NCBI GenBank assembly: GCA_000166095.1
Contig: CP002278.1
Location: forward strand, 960,001 to 992,000
Direction: 5' to 3'
DNA from: Methanothermus fervidus DSM 2088
GTDB lineage: Archaea > Methanobacteriota > Methanobacteria > DSM-2088 > Methanothermaceae
Length of the DNA: 32,000 nt
The position numbers and the translations under genes are program-made. Positions 27,926 to 32,000 of the stretch are shown in pieces. The stretch's first letter is position 1. The number at the start of each line of letters is the position of its first letter. The notes under the pieces are model-generated. The model saw nothing but the letters and a program-made list of their open reading frames with translations, searched no databases and was not told the DNA's origin.

Positions 27926-28837
27926 ATGTCAAAATTTTTGCTAAGAGTAAAAGAAGGAAAAAATGAATGGTGGAGATATCTAATAACTATAATACTGACA
28001 TTTGGTTCTCCAATAATTCCAGGCATGTTTCTAGGGATTGTATTTGTCTTTACACAAAATTTTCAAATTCTTAAATCTTCATTATTCCTGTTAATATTAC
28101 TTGGTATAACCTATTTCACTAGTTTTATATTCTTTTGTATATCTGTTAGATATATCCATGGTAGAAAACTCATATCATTGGTAAATAGTTACAACAAAAT
28201 AAGATGGAAAAGAATTTTCAAGGGAGCTATCATTTGGTTCTTAATCTTAATAATTACAGACATAATAATTTACTTTATAAACCCTGCTAATTATAAATTT
28301 AACTATAGTTCTACCTTCTTCCTTTTATTATTACTTTCTCTAATTATTTTCCCTGTGCAGGCAACTTTTGAAGAATTATTTTTTAGAGGATATTTGATGC
28401 AGGCATTAAGTTTGAAATTTAAAAAACCTTTAACTATAATTCTAATTACTTCTATAATATTTGGAATTTTACATTGGTTTAATGCATTCAAAATTTCCCA
28501 AAGTTTTTCGATTGCCATGGCTGCCACAATTTTAGGCATAATTTTGGGGATTGTAACAATATCTGATGAAGGTATAGAATTAGCTGTTGGTGTCCATATT
28601 ATTAACAACATTTATGCATCTTCTTTCCACAGTTCTTATGATGTCGATATAGGAAATCTTCCATCATTGATTACAAGTCCATATGATCCAATATTTGGCA
28701 TAATACATGCGATTATGATGTCTTTAATGTTTCTAGCGATAATAAAGCCAAACCTAAGTGTTTTAACATCTTCTATAAATCAAGTAAAGGAGGTAAAAAA
28801 CCATGATACCTATTTCAAAACCAATGATAGGAGATGA
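27926..28837 (+). CDS. CPBP-family (CAAX/Abi) intramembrane glutamic endopeptidase
   Basis: Multi-TM protein with EELFFRGYL (EExxxR), FGILHWFN (FxxxH) and VHIINN motifs. GGGGAG RBS. Confidence 0.8.
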   Translation: MSKFLLRVKEGKNEWWRYLITIILTFGSPIIPGMFLGIVFVFTQNFQILKSSLFLLILLGITYFTSFIFFCISVRYIHGRKLISLVNSYNKIRWKRIFKGAIIWFLILIITDIIIYFINPANYKFNYSSTFFLLLLLSLIIFPVQATFEELFFRGYLMQALSLKFKKPLTIILITSIIFGILHWFNAFKISQSFSIAMAATILGIILGIVTISDEGIELAVGVHIINNIYASSFHSSYDVDIGNLPSLITSPYDPIFGIIHAIMMSLMFLAIIKPNLSVLTSSINQVKEVKNHDTYFKTNDRR

Positions 28838-29885
28838 AGAGATCAACGAAGTTATAAACGTGCTAAAGTCAGGGCAAATAGCACAGGGGCCAATGGTAGA
28901 AAAATTTGAAAAAAAATTTGCTAAATATGTTGGAACAAAATATGCTGTAGCTACAAGCTCAGGCACGACTGCATTACACTTATCTTTGTTGGCTATAGGA
29001 ATAAATAAAGGCGATGAAGTTATAACAACTCCATTCACTTTCAGTGCTACTTCAAATTCAATATTATATGTGGGGGCAAAACCTGTTTTTGTTGATATAG
29101 ATCTTAGAACCTATAACATAGACCCTAACAAGATTGAAGAAGCTATAACTGATAAAACTAAAGCAATAATTCCTGTACATCTTTATGGTCATCCTGCAGA
29201 CATGGACCCTATATTAGAAATTGCTGAAGAATATTCATTATATGTAATCGAAGACGCTGCTCAGGCACATGGAGCTATTTACAAAGGAAGTAAAGTAGGT
29301 ACTTTTGGAGATGCCGCATGCTTCAGTTTTTACCCAACTAAAAATATTACAACTGGAGAAGGAGGAATGGTAACTACAAACAATAAAAAACTGGCAGAGA
29401 AAATCAAAATACTTAGAAATCATGGAGAAGTAGAAAGATACAATCAAATAATGCTTGGGTATAATTTTAGGATGACTGATGTAGAAGCTGCAATAGGTAT
29501 ACATCAATTAAAAAAATTAGATAAATTTAATGAAATCAGAATTAAAAATGCAAAATATTTAACAGAACATCTGGAAAAATTGGATATAATAACTCCAGAA
29601 GAAGTTGGTAATGTTAAGCATGTTTATCATCAATATACAATAAGAGTTCCTAAGAGAGACAGATGGGTTAAATGTTTTGAAAAGGAAGGTATAAATGTTG
29701 GAATATATTATCCAAGGCCTGTTTATAAACAAGAATTTTATAGGAAAATGGGTTATAAATGTAAATGTGTAAATGCAGAAAAAGCTTCTAAAGAAGTACT
29801 TTCGTTGCCAGTGCACCCTGCTTTAACTGAGAATGATCTTGATAAAATTGTTGAAGTATCTAAGGATTGTAGCAAATTAATTTAA
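28803..29885 (+). CDS. DegT/DnrJ/EryC1/StrS-family PLP-dependent (sugar) aminotransferase
   Basis: [12 protein letters not shown]...[11 protein letters not shown]...EDAAQAHGA...[15 protein letters not shown], where K is the PLP lysine. AGGAGG RBS. The start overlaps the CPBP gene by 35 nt. Confidence 0.85.
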   Translation: MIPISKPMIGDEEINEVINVLKSGQIAQGPMVEKFEKKFAKYVGTKYAVATSSGTTALHLSLLAIGINKGDEVITTPFTFSATSNSILYVGAKPVFVDIDLRTYNIDPNKIEEAITDKTKAIIPVHLYGHPADMDPILEIAEEYSLYVIEDAAQAHGAIYKGSKVGTFGDAACFSFYPTKNITTGEGGMVTTNNKKLAEKIKILRNHGEVERYNQIMLGYNFRMTDVEAAIGIHQLKKLDKFNEIRIKNAKYLTEHLEKLDIITPEEVGNVKHVYHQYTIRVPKRDRWVKCFEKEGINVGIYYPRPVYKQEFYRKMGYKCKCVNAEKASKEVLSLPVHPALTENDLDKIVEVSKDCSKLI

Positions 29886-30275
29886 TATATCTGATAATAT
29901 TTTAATCAGCTTGTTACCAGCTTTTTTAACTTCATAAGAAATTTTAGTATCTATATTTAAATTCTTTGGTTGTATTCCAACCAATCCTATCTTATAATTT
30001 CCTTGTGATTCTAGATATTTTATTGTATAGGAAAGTGGAATGCTATGTGTAGAAGACATCTCATATTCTGCTATTTCTTTTTTATCAATGAATTCTATTT
30101 TACCAGGTTTTTTGCCCATGTTTATAGCATCTATAATAAGTATATGACTAGGATCTTCAATCTTTATTTTCCATGTAAATTTATCAGGGGCTGTTCCAGC
30201 ATTTAACAAAACAACTTTTTTGTTGTTTGGTAATCTTGAAACAATGTAGGGACCTATACCATCATCTGACCTCAA
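29877..30275 (-). CDS. [NiFe]-hydrogenase maturation endopeptidase (HycI/HybD-like); N-terminus apparently disrupted (see findings)
   Basis: [11 protein letters not shown]...IIDAINMG...SSTHSIPL contains the three expected metal ligands (D, D, H). The only in-frame canonical start (TTG 30275) cuts off the conserved upstream ALILGIGNE, which is encoded in frame at 30302-30276. Confidence 0.7.
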   Translation of the reverse strand: MRSDDGIGPYIVSRLPNNKKVVLLNAGTAPDKFTWKIKIEDPSHILIIDAINMGKKPGKIEFIDKKEIAEYEMSSTHSIPLSYTIKYLESQGNYKIGLVGIQPKNLNIDTKISYEVKKAGNKLIKILSDILN

Positions 30276-30315
30276 TTCATTTCCAATGCCTAAAATTAAT
30301 GCTTTTTCATAGTCT

Positions 30316-31098
30316 TTAAAAAATCTTTTTAATTTTTGCTTTAATTGTATTTAAACCACCACCCATTCTATAAGAAAGAAAAAGTTTTATTGTATCTCCA
30401 GCTCTTACTTCCTCATTTTCAACTGGAATAAAAATTGGTGTATTCATCATTGGTGTTGGTCCACAAATTATCTCCTCTGAAATAAGGGTAAAGGTGATTA
30501 TCTTAATACCTCTCAAAATTCCACTATTTTTTATTTGCAACCTAATAGTATCTTTAAATTTTTCTTTATTTTTATTTAAAAAAAGTATTTCGTTGTATTT
30601 TTTAATTTTTCCCAAACTTTTGTATTCCATACCTTTTCTTTCATAAATTATGTGGGGAATGTTTGCATCCACAGGTTCAACACAATTTATGACTCCTAGT
30701 GGGATAACATTGCCATTTTCTTTTAGAAATGTTATAGCTTTGTTCATAACTGGAACTTGTTTTTCATCGATTAATGCAGTATCTAACATTTCACAGATAA
30801 TTGTATCAGCATATTCTGGAAATTCAAACTCAAAAACATCTTTATTAATTACTTTAACATTTTTAAAATTATATAAATTCTTCTTTGCATAATTAGCTAT
30901 TTTTTCATTTTTTTCTATTGCAAAAATAAATTTTGCGTGAGGCGCTGCAAAATATGAAAATATTCCACTACCTGTACCTAAATCATATACAATACCTTTT
31001 GCTAATTTCTTTATTGCTTCATAAAATGCTGACAATCTTTCAGTGTCTTTTAATAAATTATAATGATAGGGTGTAACAAAAAATTTACACTTCTTCAT
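30316..31098 (-). CDS. Class I SAM-dependent methyltransferase, PRMT-like (COG4076-type)
   Basis: YHYNLLKDTERLSAFYEAI, motif I VYDLGTGSGIFS, an acidic loop ICEMLDTALIDE and a C-terminal beta-barrel-like half. The start overlaps the nikR stop by 14 nt. Confidence 0.75.
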   Translation of the reverse strand: MKKCKFFVTPYHYNLLKDTERLSAFYEAIKKLAKGIVYDLGTGSGIFSYFAAPHAKFIFAIEKNEKIANYAKKNLYNFKNVKVINKDVFEFEFPEYADTIICEMLDTALIDEKQVPVMNKAITFLKENGNVIPLGVINCVEPVDANIPHIIYERKGMEYKSLGKIKKYNEILFLNKNKEKFKDTIRLQIKNSGILRGIKIITFTLISEEIICGPTPMMNTPIFIPVENEEVRAGDTIKLFLSYRMGGGLNTIKAKIKKIF

Positions 31099-31507
31099 CT
31101 ATTTCTTTTCCTGTTGAAGTACTTGTTAAGCGTACATGTTCAACGCCTTTTAATCGCATTAATTTCTCTGTTAGTTCCCTGATCTTTGCCACATCTCCTT
31201 TTGTAACAAGTACTTCAAGGCAATGTTTATCTGTCAAATGTACATGCATGCTAGCATTTATGTATTTTCTGTATTCATGTTGTACATCTGAGATTTCTTC
31301 AACAATGCCTTTATATTCTTTGTTGTAAATTACTGCAATAACACCAATTCTTTCTCCTTCCATCTCATGCATCCACTGATATCTTACTATATAATCTTTT
31401 ATTGCATCTCTTATTCCTTTTGATCTAGATTGGTATCCTCTATTTCTTAATATTTCATCAAACTCTTCTAACAATTTTTTAGGTAGAGACATACTAATCC
31501 TCATCAT
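31085..31507 (-). CDS. nikR: Nickel-responsive transcriptional regulator NikR
   Basis: Ribbon-helix-helix N-terminus MMRISMSLPKKLLEEFDEIL and a C-terminal metal-binding domain with HVHLTDKHC. GGAGGTGA RBS before ATG 31507. The ORF-track GTG 31516 lies inside the RBS. Confidence 0.85.
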   Translation of the reverse strand: MMRISMSLPKKLLEEFDEILRNRGYQSRSKGIRDAIKDYIVRYQWMHEMEGERIGVIAVIYNKEYKGIVEEISDVQHEYRKYINASMHVHLTDKHCLEVLVTKGDVAKIRELTEKLMRLKGVEHVRLTSTSTGKEIDEEV

Positions 31508-31821
31508 TAATATCACCTCCCCTAATACAATAATAAGTTAATACTTATATTTAAATATTCATAATAAATTAATACTAGTTATTTTAATTAAATTAAAAAA
31601 TAGAATCAAATAATTATCTGTATGAATTAAAAAATTAATAGAAGCATGAAAACCGTTAAAAAAACAGCTTGATATGTTTTATTTTTTCTTTTACATTTAT
31701 CTCTAAAATTATTGTGTTATAATTAATACAATTATTAATATAATTAATATTTGTGTAATACTTAATTTTATATTTTTAATATCAGGAGAGATTAAAAGTA
31801 ATAAAAGAACAACAATATTCC

Positions 31822-32000
31822 TTATATTCTCTTAGCTAAAAACCTTAATAACTTATAAACAGAATCTGTAGAGGGATGAACTTCTATAAAATTGTCAAAA
31901 TCCTGAACTTTACTTCCAAGCCTCAATAAATGGGAAAGGTATGCTACATAATCTCTACCAATAGGTGATACTGCATATACTCGAGATATTTCTCCAGTAT
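31822..32000 (-). CDS. 3' end of an unidentified protein gene that continues beyond the window
   Basis: Hand translation of the minus strand from the window edge gives 58 stop-free codons (TGEISRVYAVSPIGRDYVAYLSHLLRLGSKVQDFDNFIEVHPSTDSVYKLLRFLAKRI-stop at 31824-31822). That length is unlikely by chance in DNA this AT-rich. Confidence 0.4.
   Translation of the reverse strand, partial: TGEISRVYAVSPIGRDYVAYLSHLLRLGSKVQDFDNFIEVHPSTDSVYKLLRFLAKRI

Noticed and set aside
27840-27932. N-terminal 31-aa extension of Trm1 in the ORF track, and similar extensions for rpl21e, rpl44e, frhA, frhD, thiD, proS, nikR and the SPASM protein
   Set aside because: The extensions start at GTG or TTG codons lying inside or upstream of clear Shine-Dalgarno-like motifs that serve a downstream ATG (TTG for frhA). 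The extended residues are non-conserved and overlap neighbouring genes or promoters.
30296-30310. Four-codon mini-ORF ATG AAA AAG CAT TAA downstream of the methyltransferase
   Set aside because: It is not a plausible gene in its own right. I interpret it as the displaced start of the endopeptidase (see the frameshift finding).
31620-31647. Exact E. coli-type NikR half-site GTATGA upstream of nikR
   Set aside because: The position 16 nt downstream reads AAGCAT, not TCATAC. There is no palindromic partner, so this is a single chance hexamer.
1-32000. Looked for CRISPR arrays, transposases, integrases, IS inverted repeats, prophage or defence-island content
   Set aside because: No regularly spaced direct repeats and no recombinase-like ORFs were found. 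Apart from three orphan ORFs flagged separately as findings, the genes are housekeeping, methanogenesis-related or conserved hypotheticals, packed with minimal spacers.

Overview
This is a very AT-rich, tightly packed archaeal chromosome segment. I count about 50 protein genes, 4 tRNAs and 1 candidate C/D-box sRNA. Same-strand genes commonly overlap by 4-14 nt, with three longer overlaps of 32-65 nt, and several convergent gene pairs have 0 nt or negative spacing. The content points to a hydrogenotrophic methanogen. It has a complete F420-reducing [NiFe]-hydrogenase operon (frhADGB) and cofC for F420 biosynthesis. It also has typical archaeal information-processing clusters: pus10-rpl21e-rpoF-DUF655-ksgA, dph2-csl4-rpoL-DUF99, tfs, pcna-gins, rpl44e-rps27e-aIF2alpha-nop10-PAC2, and an EndoQ-like gene. 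The FrhA and FrhD N-termini resemble the Methanobacteriales sequences I remember (Methanothermobacter/Methanothermus-like). That is inference from memory, not a search result. I saw no CRISPR array, transposase, integrase or prophage signature. Three small genes below the ORF-track cutoff were found by hand (rps27e, nop10 and a window-edge partial CDS), and several ORF-track starts were trimmed to RBS-supported starts. The observations most worth a second look are: (1) an unannotated canonical-looking C/D-box sRNA in the 14.8-14.9 kb intergenic region; (2) a two-gene radical-SAM cassette (SPASM-type plus B12-binding) with a 65-nt overlap and no peptide precursor, possibly lipid or cofactor chemistry; (3) a nikR / PRMT-like methyltransferase / hydrogenase-endopeptidase operon in which the endopeptidase start codon is out of frame at an A5 run; (4) an exported 215-aa protein inside the proS-cofC-thiD operon that carries a Cys/Gln motif pair reminiscent of bacterial thioester domains; (5) a perfect 9-2-9 palindrome between the frh TATA box and the start codon.
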